DNA of 64,000 nt from an uncultured candidate division Zixibacteria bacterium (GCA_963664195.1 OY760907.1:2496001-2560000); one strand, 5' to 3'; positions 49,566 through 60,004 are shown, counted from the first letter of the stretch. Made by a program: numbers and translations. The notes: generated by a model not told the origin, from the sequence alone.

Positions 49566-49811
49566 ATGACGGCAAAAAAGAAATATAAAGACTATGAGTC
49601 GGCCATGGAGCGGCTCGAAGAGATTACCGAGCAGTTGGAGTCCGGCGAACCGAAATTGGAAGAGGCAATAGACCTCTACACCGAAGGACTCCAGATTGCG
49701 AAATTCTGCGACGGCAAGCTTTCGGAGGCAGAAGCCAAAATCAAGCTGATCGCCGAGAAGAACGGCGTTGTCGCTGAGGTTGATTTTGAAGAAGAGGATG
49801 AGGGCATTTGA
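49566..49811 (+). CDS. xseB: Exodeoxyribonuclease VII small subunit
   Basis: YESAMERLEEI..LESGE..LEEAIDLYTEG. Confidence 0.95.
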   Translation: MTAKKKYKDYESAMERLEEITEQLESGEPKLEEAIDLYTEGLQIAKFCDGKLSEAEAKIKLIAEKNGVVAEVDFEEEDEGI

Positions 49812-50696
49812 CGTCATTTACCGCTATTGACGGACGGCAGTATCTTGAAGACGGTCGCAAACTGACCGATCGACTGCTGGACGAGTATATGCCTTCGGAG
49901 GAGACCGAGCCACGTTCACTTCATGAGGCAATGCGATACTCGCTCATGGCGGGGGGCAAGCGGCTTCGTCCGATTCTGGCTCTGGCGGCCTTCGAGTATT
50001 GTGGCGGTGACGCCTCGCAAGATACCGACAGAATTCATCGGGCGATGGCAGCGCTGGAGGCAGTGCACACATATTCGCTGATCCATGACGATTTGCCGTG
50101 CATGGACGACGATGACCTTCGCCGCGGCATGCCAACCTGTCATAAGAAGTTCGACGAGGCAATAGCCACACTGGCCGGTGATGCTCTGCACGTGATCGCA
50201 TTTGAGCTGATGGCTGGTACGGGATCTGTTGACGTTGTGATGGAATTGGCCGAAGCGGTGGGCACTTCCGGTATGCTCGGCGGTCAGATGGCGGATATGG
50301 AGGCCGAGGGGCGTCCGGTCACGCGCGATGAAGTGATGAATATACATTGCCGCAAGACTGGAGCGTTGATACGTGGCTCGGTGCGGATCGGTGCGATTCT
50401 TGCCGGTGCGACACCGGAGCAATTGCAGCGACTGACGGTTTATGGTGAGAAGATCGGCCTTGCGTTCCAAATAGTTGACGATGTCCTTGATATTGTCGGA
50501 GATCAGGAACTGCTGGGTAAGACAAGTCGGTTCGGATACTAAGAACCAGAAGGCAACTTATCCGGGTGCGATTGGCACCGAGGCGTCGCGCGAAGAAGCA
50601 ACACGGCTTATCGACGGTGCCCTCGATCTGTTTGACCCGGACGAAGACAATTTCCTAATGTATCTCGCACGGTTTATCGGCCAAAGGGAAAGCTGA
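49808..50696 (+). pseudogene. ispA: Polyprenyl (FPP/GGPP) synthase with +1 frameshift near 50522-50525
   Basis: GGKRLRP, SLIHDDLPCMDDDDLRRG, GQMAD, FQIVDDVLD. After LLGK the conserved VGSD..NQKATYP continues in the +1 frame to TGA at 50696. May be a sequence error. Confidence 0.8.
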
Positions 50697-50717
50697 AGCG
50701 AAGCGTATAGAACTGTA

Positions 50718-52674
50718 ATGAAGCATCTCCTGAACATCACATCTCCTGCAGACATCCGGTCGCTTCAGTCTTGAGCAACTGACCGAGTTGGCCGAGGAGG
50801 TTCGCCAGGAGATTATCGCCGCCGTCGCCCATACCGGGGGGCATCTGGGGTCGAACCTTGGAACGGTCGAGCTTACCGTCGCATTGCATTACGTGTTCAA
50901 CACGCCGGCCGACCGAATCATCTGGGATGTTTCCCACCAGACTTACGCACACAAGTTGTTGACCGGGCGACGAGATCAGATCGAAACGCTTCGCAAATAC
51001 AAAGGTCTGGCCGGATACTGCAAGCGGACCGAATCCGAATTCGATCCGTTTGGTGCGGGACATGCCTCGACCTCGGTTTCAGCCGCGCTTGGATTCGCCG
51101 CCGCGAGAGATCTGCTCGGCGGGGATAACAAAGTTATCGCGGTCATCGGCGATGGTGCTATGACCGGTGGGCTGGCATTCGAAGGTATGAACAACGCCGG
51201 ATCGCTCGCTAAAGACCTCATCGTTGTCCTGAATGACAACACGTGGTCGATCTCAAAGAACGTGGGCGCTCTTTCGAAATATCTCACTAACATCCTGGTC
51301 GACGAGAAATTCAACAAGCTGCGCCGGGACGTCTGGGAATTGACGGGACGGTTCAAACGTCGTGACAGAATTCGTACAACCATCCAGAGTCTGGAAAAAT
51401 CGATCAAGGGGTTTCTTGTTCCGGGAATGCTGTTCGAGAAACTCGGATTCAAGTACTTTGGTCCAATCGATGGTCACGATCTTCCGCTGATGACAAAAAC
51501 GCTGGCCGACGTGAAGAACATCGACGGCCCGATCATGCTGCATGTGGCCACGGTAAAAGGGAAGGGGTACCTTCCGGCGGAAGAGGACATCCATCGTTAC
51601 CATGCTATCGGCAAGTTTGACAAGATGACCGGCAAGGCAAGGCCCTCATCTGGCGTTCTACCGAGCTACACGCGAGTGTTCGGCAACACCATGATTGAGC
51701 TGGCCGAAGCCGATGACAGAGTGGTGGCGATCACTGCGGCCATGGCACCTGGTACGGGCTTGGACGGTTTTGCGAAGGAGTTTCCCGAGCGGTTTTTCGA
51801 TGTCGGTATTGCCGAAGGGCACGCCGGTACGTTTTCCGCGGCTCTGGCGGCCGAAGGTATCAAACCGTATCTCGCAGTCTACTCGACTTTTGTGCAGCGG
51901 GCTTACGATCAGGTTATTCATGACATGGCTATCCAGAACCTTCCGGTCGTTATCTGTATGGATCGCGGCGGATTGGTGGGGGCCGACGGTCCCACCCATC
52001 ACGGCGTGTTCGATATGGCTTATCTGTCCTCGGTGCCGAACGTAACTATAGCCGCGCCGAAAGACGGCAACGAACTTCGCGCCATGCTGCATCACACACG
52101 GAATGCCGATATCGGCGGGATTACGGCTATCCGCTATCCGAGAGAGACGGTACCGTCTGAGATGCACGACGAGATTGATTCCATCGAATGGCTCCGTTGG
52201 GAACGGTTGAGCGGTCTGTCGGAAGTAGCGGTTCTGGCGGTTGGTTCTATGGTGGCCGGAGTGCAACCGGCTATCGACAGACTGGCGGAGCAGGGGATAT
52301 CGGTATCTCTCATCAACGCTCGTTTTGTCAAACCATTGGACGCCGACATGCTGGCGGAAGTGTGTCGCGAGTCGCGGATTGTTTTCACGCTTGAAGAAGG
52401 CGCACTGCGGGGAGGATTCGGCCAGGCGGTCGCGGAGCATTTGCTCGACCAGGAATTTAGCGGCAAGTTCAAGGCGATTGGTATTCCTGATCAGTTCATT
52501 GCCCACGGCACACGCGCCGAGCTGTTCCGCGAACTGGGACTTGATTCTGAAGGCCTTCTGAAGACGATCTCCGGGTTTGTCGGGAGGCACAGAGCACTCC
52601 TGTCGGGCGCCGTTACGTGTCAGGCAGAAGGCCAACTCGACAAAATCAGCCTCACCGGCACCGATCCCGACTGA
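50718..52674 (+). CDS. dxs: 1-deoxy-D-xylulose-5-phosphate synthase; +1 frameshift near 50764-50770 separates the first 16 codons
   Basis: GGHLGSNLG, WDVSHQTY, GAGHASTS, GDGAMTGG, GIAEGH, DRGGLVGADGPTHHG. The expected N-terminus MKHLLNITSPADIRSL is out of frame with SLEQLTELAEE. Confidence 0.93.
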
Positions 52675-52778
52675 GTATCTCGGTCACCTTTTCTTTCTTT
52701 GAGTGTCCGCTTATAGCCAAACATCCCTTGCCAGAGTCCAAACTGCGGTGTTATCTTGCCCCGCAGGAGATGACACAG

Positions 52779-53639
52779 ATGCGATTCGGACTGATTACCA
52801 ACCTCAGGCGGACCGGCGGACGGGAAGCCATCGACAGTCTTATCAAATGGGCCAAAGTCACCGGCAACGAGCTAACGCTTTGTGCTGACCTTGAGGACTC
52901 TGTTCCCGACTACAAACGCTTTGCACCCCGCGAGGGACTGGCCGCTCAGGTTGACTTTCTGGTGTCCATGGGGGGAGATGGGACGTTTCTTTCGGCAGTG
53001 AGGTCGGTCGGTTCGCACGGAACCCCGATTCTGGGCATCAATCTGGGATCGCTGGGTTTTCTCACGCAGCAGACGCCCAGACAGCTCATATCGGCGCTGG
53101 ATTCCATTATCGCCGGGGATTTCCGGGTCGAAGAACGGTTCATGCTCAAAGCGGAGGTGTCGGGAAGACCGCCGCTGCCTCTGCCGTATGCGTTGAACGA
53201 CATCGTGTTGGACAACGGCCCGGTCAGTCGTGTGCTGGATATCAATATGAAAATCAACGGTGAGGATGTCCTGACGTATATTGCCGACGGGCTCGTTACT
53301 TGCACTCCCACCGGTTCGACTGCCTACAATCTGGCCGTGGGTGGACCGATTGTCACTCCGGGGATGGACGCGATGATTATCTCACCGATCGCGCCGTTTT
53401 CTCTGACTACACGTCCGATGATTATCTCCGGCAACGACAGAATGGAACTCAAAGTATTGACTGAGAACAGGATTGCCATGCTTACTCTCGACGGTCAGGT
53501 CGGGGTGGAGTTGAGCGATGTCGAGACTGTGACGATATCTCGCGCGGAGCACAAAAGCAAACTGGTGGTGTTGCCGGAGAATTCGTATTACCGTACTCTT
53601 CGCGGCAAACTTCACTGGGGCGTCCTGCCGAACTCCTGA
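52779..53639 (+). CDS. nadK: NAD kinase
   Basis: GGDGTFL, GINLGSLGFL, ALND, TPTGSTAYNL. Confidence 0.96.
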   Translation: MRFGLITNLRRTGGREAIDSLIKWAKVTGNELTLCADLEDSVPDYKRFAPREGLAAQVDFLVSMGGDGTFLSAVRSVGSHGTPILGINLGSLGFLTQQTPRQLISALDSIIAGDFRVEERFMLKAEVSGRPPLPLPYALNDIVLDNGPVSRVLDINMKINGEDVLTYIADGLVTCTPTGSTAYNLAVGGPIVTPGMDAMIISPIAPFSLTTRPMIISGNDRMELKVLTENRIAMLTLDGQVGVELSDVETVTISRAEHKSKLVVLPENSYYRTLRGKLHWGVLPNS

Positions 53640-53681
53640 GCGCTTTCACGCATTTCCAAAGTCAAGTTTCTTTGTTTTTGC

Positions 53682-53849
53682 AGGGCAGGTCTGAGGACAG
53701 ACCTGCCCTACGAAGACTGAACTATTGTCCCGTGCGCGGCACACGCCCTCGTGTGCCCGCTTCGACGTCGCACATCGATACAGTATCGTCCGCCTGAGGC
53801 GGACTCTCTTTCCGGCAGGTCTGAGGACAGACCTGCCCTACGAAGACTG
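53682..53849. repeat. Cluster of REP-like hairpins with a 36-bp direct repeat
   Basis: GGCAGGTCTGAGGACAGACCTGCCCTACGAAGACTG at 53684 and 53814 (GTAG foot on minus), with further hairpins at 53732-53758 and 53788-53804. Confidence 0.85.
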
Positions 53850-53899
53850 GCCCCCCAATTTCGAGTCGTTACGAATGCCGCTCGCCGCTAAGAAAGGAC

Positions 53900-53928
53900 T
53901 TGCATAAGCAGTAGTGGATCGGTAATAT
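53900..53928 (+). promoter_or_regulatory. sigma70 promoter TTGCAT-N17-TAATAT
   Basis: 14 nt upstream of tRNA-Gly. Confidence 0.6.
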
Positions 53929-53942
53929 AGCGACTGCTGTAA

Positions 53943-54015
53943 GCGGGAGTAACTCAGTTGGTAGAGTCACAGCCTTCCAAGCTGTTGGTCGCGAGTTCGA
54001 GCCTCGTCTCCCGCT
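53943..54015 (+). tRNA. tRNA-Gly(TCC)
   Basis: GCGGGAG...CTCCCGCT acceptor stem, anticodon loop CTTCCAA. Confidence 0.96.
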
Positions 54016-54053
54016 TTTTTTTGTGCCGATTCTGATCCTTTCGAGGAGTGTCC

Positions 54054-54944
54054 ATGTCAGACGATCTTCATATAGGTAATCCTTCGGTTCGCGTATTCAA
54101 GTATTCCTGGTATCTCAGAGCCATTGGGTTGTTGGTTGCATCTTTCTTCGCCGTCCTCATCCTGACTTTTTTTCTTACGACGAATTCGCAAGAGCTGGCG
54201 AACGAATGGTGGGTGCCTGTAGGGTTCTTGGCCTTTTCCACCCTGGGCATGTATCTGTATGTGGCGTTGTCGAGAACGATCACTCTGCGCGGTGATCTGC
54301 TCGAGGCACATTGCCTCTTGGGGCAGAACAGGACGATGAGCAAATCCGAGATTGCATCCGTCAATGAACGCCCCATGATGCAAACGGTCGTAGTTCGGGA
54401 TCACGGCGGTGCGACACTATTCACGTTCGGTAGCCAGCTAACCGGATACAATGAACTATTCGAAGTGCTCCAATCCTGGGTGCCCCCCGTTCCGCAACCC
54501 CCGCTCGGTACGAGATTCGAACGGGCGAAGCTCGTGTTCATTTTCATGTGGAGCCTGGTTGGGTTCTGTTTTGCCGTGGCTGGCTGGCTGCTGTTGACCG
54601 AGCAGCACACGGAACTTCCGGCGCCTCTGTTTTCCTCTTGGGCGATAGCCATGCTGGTTGTTGCACTATTCCAGACAAAGGCCATCACCGTACTGAGCGA
54701 TCAAGTTATCGTGCATCGCTGGACAGGTGACCGCAGAGTCAGGTACAGCGATATCGGCAAGATCGAGGGCTCTTATGACGAAAGTGAGATAGCGTCCAAG
54801 ACATACGTGTTTCACATTCATCCCGTCAAGGGCCGGAAGATCAGACTCTCACATTTTCCTGACGGAGGGAAGGCCGTCTACGAGGCTCTGCACAAGGCAT
54901 GGCAGGCTGCCCGTGAAGGCTCACTAAAGGAAAACAAGGAATGA
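54054..54944 (+). CDS. Membrane protein with two (2TM + bacterial PH-like) modules
   Basis: GAGGAG RBS; duplicated TM-TM-beta domain pattern (RTMSKSEIASV / RRVRYSDIGKI). Confidence 0.7.
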   Translation: MSDDLHIGNPSVRVFKYSWYLRAIGLLVASFFAVLILTFFLTTNSQELANEWWVPVGFLAFSTLGMYLYVALSRTITLRGDLLEAHCLLGQNRTMSKSEIASVNERPMMQTVVVRDHGGATLFTFGSQLTGYNELFEVLQSWVPPVPQPPLGTRFERAKLVFIFMWSLVGFCFAVAGWLLLTEQHTELPAPLFSSWAIAMLVVALFQTKAITVLSDQVIVHRWTGDRRVRYSDIGKIEGSYDESEIASKTYVFHIHPVKGRKIRLSHFPDGGKAVYEALHKAWQAAREGSLKENKE

Positions 54945-55513
54945 CACACAGAATCGCCACTATTCTACTGCTAACCACTGCATTGATAGCCACCTCCTGC
55001 ATCGAGGAGCGCCCCAAACCACCCGATCCGCCGGAACCGGAAGTCTCCCGTTTGCTCAGAGAGATGGTTGAGGAAGATCAAGAGCTTCGGATGAATGACA
55101 CTCTCGACTACGGTATCGTTGACGCGGCCGACCGGGAACATCGTGAGGTCGTTATGGATCTGCTGGCGCAGGGGGGAATCGACGATCCGCAGGACCTGCA
55201 TCGAGCAGCGTTCATTCTCCAGCATTCGGACCCGGGCAGTTGTCGCGAGTGTTATCTTCTGGCCCACAAACTTGCAATGGAGGCTGTTCGGAGGGGGTGG
55301 GATGACGCCCGCAAGCTGGCAGCGGCGTCTCTTGACCGGTATCTGGTGTTCTCGAAGAAGCCTCAGAAATACGGTACCCAGTCAAATACCGACTCGACCG
55401 GGCACTGGTATCTGTTCCCGATTGACTCCGCGACGACCGATTCTCAGCGGATCGAGATGAATGTACTGCCTCTGGACTCGCTAATCGCCGAAATCGAGGC
55501 TCGAAACTTGTAG
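54941..55513 (+). CDS. Hypothetical lipoprotein (DUF6624-like helical protein)
   Basis: Lipobox ATSC; EDQELR, AAFILQHS, AASLDRYL..KPQKYGTQ. Confidence 0.75.
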   Translation: MTHRIATILLLTTALIATSCIEERPKPPDPPEPEVSRLLREMVEEDQELRMNDTLDYGIVDAADREHREVVMDLLAQGGIDDPQDLHRAAFILQHSDPGSCRECYLLAHKLAMEAVRRGWDDARKLAAASLDRYLVFSKKPQKYGTQSNTDSTGHWYLFPIDSATTDSQRIEMNVLPLDSLIAEIEARNL

Positions 55514-55565
55514 GGAAGGTCTGTCTGCAGACCTGCCGAAAAGAGAGTCTGCCGCAGGCAGACGA
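55510..55565 (+). repeat. Double-hairpin GTAG REP element, inverted copy of 53786-53841
   Basis: 49/56 identical to the reverse complement of 53786-53841. Confidence 0.85.
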
Positions 55566-55571
55566 CCGGTC

Positions 55572-55640
55572 CGGGTGGCCGGGTCAAACTTGTTTGGCCC
55601 GGATAGTACCACTCCAAGCAAGCCTGAAGGGGCCACCCGA
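55572..55640. repeat. GGGTGG-ended palindromic mini-element
   Basis: 9-bp terminal inverted repeats CGGGTGGCC/GGCCACCCG enclosing an internal CCGGGTCAAA/TTTGGCCCGG hairpin. Confidence 0.55.
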
Positions 55641-55780
55641 CAGCACGTAGCGGGCGGGTTTGAAGGTCCAAACAGTCGTTTGGTCGGTTGATTCGATAGA
55701 TTCTGTCGAATTCGGGTTCAGGGTTGGCCCACCAATCACTCCAAGTGGTGAAATAGGCCTAATTTAAGCTAAAAAAAGCC

Positions 55781-55808
55781 TTGACAGGTTGGGGGCCAAA
55801 TCTATATT
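55781..55808 (+). promoter_or_regulatory. sigma70 promoter TTGACA-N16-TATATT with A-tract UP element
   Basis: Upstream of tRNA-Thr-tuf. Confidence 0.7.
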
Positions 55809-55888
55809 GAAGGCTCCCCCTAGCAGGGGTATGCCTATTTTTATCGGCATATAAGGTAAGACAGGCGCAAAAACAAAGTTTTTGATAA

Positions 55889-55961
55889 GCCCAGATAGCT
55901 CAGTCGGTAGAGCACATCCTTGGTAAGGATGAGGTCACCAGTTCAATCCTGGTTCTGGGCT
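55889..55961 (+). tRNA. tRNA-Thr(GGT)
   Basis: GCCCAGA...TCTGGGCT acceptor stem, anticodon loop TTGGTAA. Confidence 0.97.
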
Positions 55962-55990
55962 CTTTTTAGAGCGTAAGGAGAAGTCAGACG

Positions 55991-57196
55991 ATGGCGAAGG
56001 AGAAATTTGATCGCAGTAAGCCTCATGTAAATGTAGGCACTATCGGTCACGTTGATCATGGTAAGACGACGTTGACAGCGGCGATTACGATGGCAATGGC
56101 GCAGAAGTTTTCGACGGAGATCCGTTCGTTTGACTCTATTGACAACGCGCCTGAAGAGCGAGAGCGCGGTATAACGATCGCTACGGCTCATGTGGAGTAT
56201 CAGACGGAGCACCGTCACTACGCGCACGTAGACTGTCCGGGTCACGCGGATTACGTCAAGAACATGATCACGGGTGCCGCCCAGATGGACGGTGCGATTC
56301 TGGTGGTATCGGCCGCCGACGGTCCCATGCCTCAGACACGTGAGCACATTCTTCTGGCTCGCCAGGTAGGTGTTCCGTATATCATCGTGTACATGAATAA
56401 GGTTGATATGGTGGATGATCCGGAGTTGTTGGATCTGGTAGAGCTTGAGGTACGTGATCTGTTGAGCACGTATCAGTTCCCGGGCGATGACATTCCGGTG
56501 ATTCGCGGATCGGCTCTTCAGGCCCTGACGGCCGGTACTTCAGGTGCTCCGATCGACGATCCGGCGTTCAAGTCGATTCACGAGTTGATGGATGCTTGTG
56601 ACACGTACATACCTGAGCCGAAGCGTGAGACGGACAAGCCGTTTTTGATGCCTGTAGAGGATGTATTCTCGATCACGGGTCGAGGCACAGTGGCCACGGG
56701 TCGTGTAGAGCGTGGTGTCATCAAGCAGGGTGAAGAGGTTGAGATCGTTGGTATCCGTGAGACCCGCAAGACGGTGGTTACGGGTGTAGAGATGTTCCGT
56801 AAGCTTCTTGATCAGGCTGAAGCGGGTGACAACGTCGGATTGTTGCTTCGGGGAGTAGATAAGGACTCGATCGAGCGCGGCATGGTGTTGGTGAAAAAGG
56901 GTTCGGTTCTTCCTCACACGAAGTTCAAGGCCGAGGTTTACGTGTTGACGAAGGAAGAGGGTGGTCGTCACACTCCGTTCTTCACGGGTTACCGTCCTCA
57001 GTTCTATTTCCGTACGACGGACGTGACGGGTGTTGCGACGTTGCCGGAAGGAGTCGAGATGGTGATGCCCGGTGATAACATAACGATGGACATAGAGCTG
57101 ATCACGCCGATCGCGATGGAGCAGGAGCTTCGATTCGCGATTCGTGAGGGTGGCCGTACAATCGGCGCCGGCGTCATCGCTGAAATAAAAGAATAG
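55991..57196 (+). CDS. tuf: Elongation factor Tu
   Basis: [21 protein letters not shown]. Confidence 0.99.
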   Translation: MAKEKFDRSKPHVNVGTIGHVDHGKTTLTAAITMAMAQKFSTEIRSFDSIDNAPEERERGITIATAHVEYQTEHRHYAHVDCPGHADYVKNMITGAAQMDGAILVVSAADGPMPQTREHILLARQVGVPYIIVYMNKVDMVDDPELLDLVELEVRDLLSTYQFPGDDIPVIRGSALQALTAGTSGAPIDDPAFKSIHELMDACDTYIPEPKRETDKPFLMPVEDVFSITGRGTVATGRVERGVIKQGEEVEIVGIRETRKTVVTGVEMFRKLLDQAEAGDNVGLLLRGVDKDSIERGMVLVKKGSVLPHTKFKAEVYVLTKEEGGRHTPFFTGYRPQFYFRTTDVTGVATLPEGVEMVMPGDNITMDIELITPIAMEQELRFAIREGGRTIGAGVIAEIKE

Positions 57197-57227
57197 AATA
57201 GCCTCCTCGAAGGGATGGTAAGAGCAA

Positions 57228-57380
57228 GTGCCAAGAGATAGAGTTACATTGGCCTGTGGCGAGTGCAAGCGTCGTAACTACGACACGAAAAAGAACAAGC
57301 GGTTGCATCCTGAGCGCGTGGAATTCCGTAAATTCTGTCCGTTCTGCAACAAGCACACGCCGCACAAGGAAACGAGATAG
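57228..57380 (+). CDS. rpmG: 50S ribosomal protein L33 (zinc-binding form)
   Basis: Hand translation [50 protein letters not shown]; below the ORF-track length cutoff. Confidence 0.96.
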   Translation: MPRDRVTLACGECKRRNYDTKKNKRLHPERVEFRKFCPFCNKHTPHKETR

Positions 57381-57390
57381 CAATACATAT

Positions 57391-57464
57391 AGGCCAGTAG
57401 CTCCAATTGGTAGAGCGCCGGTCTCCAAAACCGGATGCTGGGGGTTCAAGTCCCTCCTGGCCTG
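57391..57464 (+). tRNA. tRNA-Trp(CCA)
   Basis: AGGCCAG...CTGGCCTG acceptor stem, anticodon loop CTCCAAA; canonical rpmG-Trp-secE position. Confidence 0.97.
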
Positions 57465-57488
57465 CAAATAACATATTGTGGTGATGTC

Positions 57489-57686
57489 TTGAACAAGATC
57501 GAGAAATATCTCAAAGAGACCATGGCCGAGTTGCGGAAAATGACCTGGCCGTCAAAGGACGAGTTGATCGGTTCGACGATAGTGACCGTCGTAGTGTCGC
57601 TCATCGTGGCGATTTTTATCGGTATTGTTGACCGCGCTCTTCTTCTGGCGATTCAGACGATTTTCGGCGCCGGTATGGGAGGATAA
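57489..57686 (+). CDS. secE: Preprotein translocase subunit SecE
   Basis: ELRKMTWPSKDEL + one TM; TTG start inferred. Confidence 0.94.
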   Translation: MNKIEKYLKETMAELRKMTWPSKDELIGSTIVTVVVSLIVAIFIGIVDRALLLAIQTIFGAGMGG

Positions 57687-58229
57687 ATGGCTCTCAGGTG
57701 GTATGTAGTCCACACGTACGCCGGACACGAACAGAAGGCTAAGACCTATCTGGAGTCGGCGATTGAAAATGCGGGACTTCAGGAGAAGTTCGGTCAGATT
57801 CTTGTTCCTACGGAGCAGGTGACCGAAATGCGGCAGGGCAAGCGCTCTACCAGCACGAAGAAGTTTCTGCCCAGCTACATCCTGATTGAGGTTGATCTCG
57901 ATAAGACGACCCAGAATCTGGTTGTGTCTACTACCGGTATCACCAATTTCGTGGGCGCCGCCGGAAAGCCCTCGCCGCTGAAGCAGGCGGAGGTCGAGCG
58001 CATCGTGGGACAGATCGACAGCAGTCGAACTGAGGAAGCCACCGATGTTCCGTTCCAGGCGGGCGACCCGGTGAAAGTCAACGACGGTCCGTTTATGGAC
58101 TTCTCGGGGACAATCAGCGAAGTCAATATGGAACGCAGGAAAGTAAAAGTGATGGTCTCGATTTTCGGCCGTCCCACGCCGGTTGAGCTGGATTTCCTCC
58201 AGGTCGATTTGGTGAAAACCAAAGCTTAG
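57687..58229 (+). CDS. nusG: Transcription termination/antitermination factor NusG
   Basis: WYVVHTYAGHE, KOW GPFMDFSG, IFGRPTPVEL. Confidence 0.98.
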   Translation: MALRWYVVHTYAGHEQKAKTYLESAIENAGLQEKFGQILVPTEQVTEMRQGKRSTSTKKFLPSYILIEVDLDKTTQNLVVSTTGITNFVGAAGKPSPLKQAEVERIVGQIDSSRTEEATDVPFQAGDPVKVNDGPFMDFSGTISEVNMERRKVKVMVSIFGRPTPVELDFLQVDLVKTKA

Positions 58230-58261
58230 TAAACAAGCTGTTCTTGGAGAGATAAAGTACC

Positions 58262-58684
58262 GTGGCAAAGAAAGTAGCAGCCCTCATCAAACTCCAGATT
58301 GCGGCCGGAGCGGCCAACCCGGCTCCGCCGGTGGGCCCGGCCCTTGGCCAGCGCGGCGTCAATATCATGGAGTTTTGCAAGGCGTTTAACGCCAGGACAC
58401 AGAGTGGTAACGGGATATTGACTCCGGTCATTATTACCGTTTTTGAGGACAAGTCCTTCACTTTTATTACCAAGACCCCGCCGGCGTCCACGCTTCTGCG
58501 TAAGGCCGCCAAGATCAAGAAGGGGTCGGGCGTTCCCAACAAGGATAAGGTCGGCCGGGTGACCGCTGATCAGATCCGTGAGATCGCCACCACGAAAATG
58601 GAAGACCTCAACGCGTCGTCGATTGAAATGGCGATGAAGATGGTCGCGGGGACCGCCCGCTCCATGGGTATTGAGGTCCAGTAG
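58262..58684 (+). CDS. rplK: 50S ribosomal protein L11
   Basis: [20 protein letters not shown]. Confidence 0.98.
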   Translation: MAKKVAALIKLQIAAGAANPAPPVGPALGQRGVNIMEFCKAFNARTQSGNGILTPVIITVFEDKSFTFITKTPPASTLLRKAAKIKKGSGVPNKDKVGRVTADQIREIATTKMEDLNASSIEMAMKMVAGTARSMGIEVQ

Positions 58685-58753
58685 CAGAAGTAACAACCTG
58701 TGTAATTCGTTTGCACCTCGACATCCGGTTGTCGAGAGGGAGAAGAAACACAT

Positions 58754-59458
58754 ATGAAGCGTTCGAAGAAGTACGATGCTTTCCGGAAAGCGATTGACCG
58801 CAGTAAACGGTATTCGCTCGAAGAAGCGGTAAAGATTCTCAAGGAAAACACCTACACCAAGTTTGATGAATCGGTCGAAGTGGCCGTTCGCCTCGGTGTG
58901 AACCCGAAGCATGCTGACCAGATGGTGCGAGCCACGGTTTCACTGCCCCATGGAGATGGTAAACAGGTGCGGGTTCTGGTGTTTGCTCAGGGTGACAAGG
59001 CGACAGAGGCTACCGAAGCCGGTGCCGATTTTGTCGGTGGGGCTGAGTTGGCGGAGAAGATTCAGGGTGGTTGGACGGACTTTGATGTGGCAATCGCGAC
59101 GCCCGACATGATGAAGGTCTGCGGCCGGCTGGGTAAAATCCTCGGCCCGCGCGGCCTGATGCCGAACCCGAAAACGGGCACGGTAACAATGGATCTGGCC
59201 CGTACGGTCAATGAGGTCAAGGCCGGACGCATTGAGTTCCGCGTCGACCGTCAGGCAAACGTAGCGGTCTCATTGGGAAAACTCTCCTTTGAAGATCAGA
59301 AGATAATTGAGAACGTCCACGCGTTTATCAGCGCGATTCTGCGGGCCAAGCCCGTGGCTGCCAAAGGGGCGTACTTCTTGGGTGCGGCGATTTGTTCGTC
59401 GATGAGTCCCGGGATTAAACTGGATCACGCCGAAATTCTTGCGGCAGTGAAGAAGTAG
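58754..59458 (+). CDS. rplA: 50S ribosomal protein L1
   Basis: [22 protein letters not shown]. Confidence 0.98.
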   Translation: MKRSKKYDAFRKAIDRSKRYSLEEAVKILKENTYTKFDESVEVAVRLGVNPKHADQMVRATVSLPHGDGKQVRVLVFAQGDKATEATEAGADFVGGAELAEKIQGGWTDFDVAIATPDMMKVCGRLGKILGPRGLMPNPKTGTVTMDLARTVNEVKAGRIEFRVDRQANVAVSLGKLSFEDQKIIENVHAFISAILRAKPVAAKGAYFLGAAICSSMSPGIKLDHAEILAAVKK

Positions 59459-59479
59459 GAAGACGAGGAGTTCTCAAAG

Positions 59480-60004
59480 ATGCTTAAAGCTGAGAAAACA
59501 CAAGTAGTAGCTGACATAAAAGAGCTATTTGAAGGCGCTGGCGCTGTCTTTGTTACCGACTATCAAGGCCTCAATGTGGCCGATATGACGGTTCTCCGCC
59601 GCAGTCTTCGACAGAATCAGGTCAGGTACCTGATTGCCAAAAACACGCTGTTCAAGCTGGCTGCCAAGGATGCGGGCGTTGAAGGTCTCGATGAGTTCTT
59701 CACCGGCCCCACGGCTGTTGCGTTTGCTTCCGACGATCCGTCGGTGGCTGCGAAGATTCTCTATGACTCCCACAAGGAGCGGGATCTGCCGAAATTCAAG
59801 GCTTTCTTCCTGGAAGGCCAAATCCACGACCCTGAGGATGTCAAGGCTCTGGCCGAGCTTCCGCCGAGAGATGTACTGCTTTCGCAGGTTGTCGCAGCTG
59901 TTGAATCGCCGCTGACAGAACTTGTTGGCTCCCTTGATGGATTCTTCCGTGAACTGGTGGGATCTCTCGATGCTCTGGCTGACAAGAAGAAGGGCGAGGA
60001 ATAG
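59480..60004 (+). CDS. rplJ: 50S ribosomal protein L10
   Basis: DYQGLNV, KNTL, GPTAVAF. Confidence 0.97.
   Translation: MLKAEKTQVVADIKELFEGAGAVFVTDYQGLNVADMTVLRRSLRQNQVRYLIAKNTLFKLAAKDAGVEGLDEFFTGPTAVAFASDDPSVAAKILYDSHKERDLPKFKAFFLEGQIHDPEDVKALAELPPRDVLLSQVVAAVESPLTELVGSLDGFFRELVGSLDALADKKKGEE

Noticed and set aside
50755..50780. prfB-like programmed +1 frameshift at TCT TGA in dxs
   Set aside because: Not the CTT TGA context, no correctly spaced internal SD, and a second nearby indel favours sequence error.
53684..53849. 36-bp direct repeat as a CRISPR array
   Set aside because: Only two copies, a 94-bp spacer that is itself made of hairpins, a GTAG REP foot and no cas genes.
55841..55848. 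Minus-strand GCCGATAA sigma28 -10 box
   Set aside because: No TAAA -35 at the right spacing and no gene to drive.
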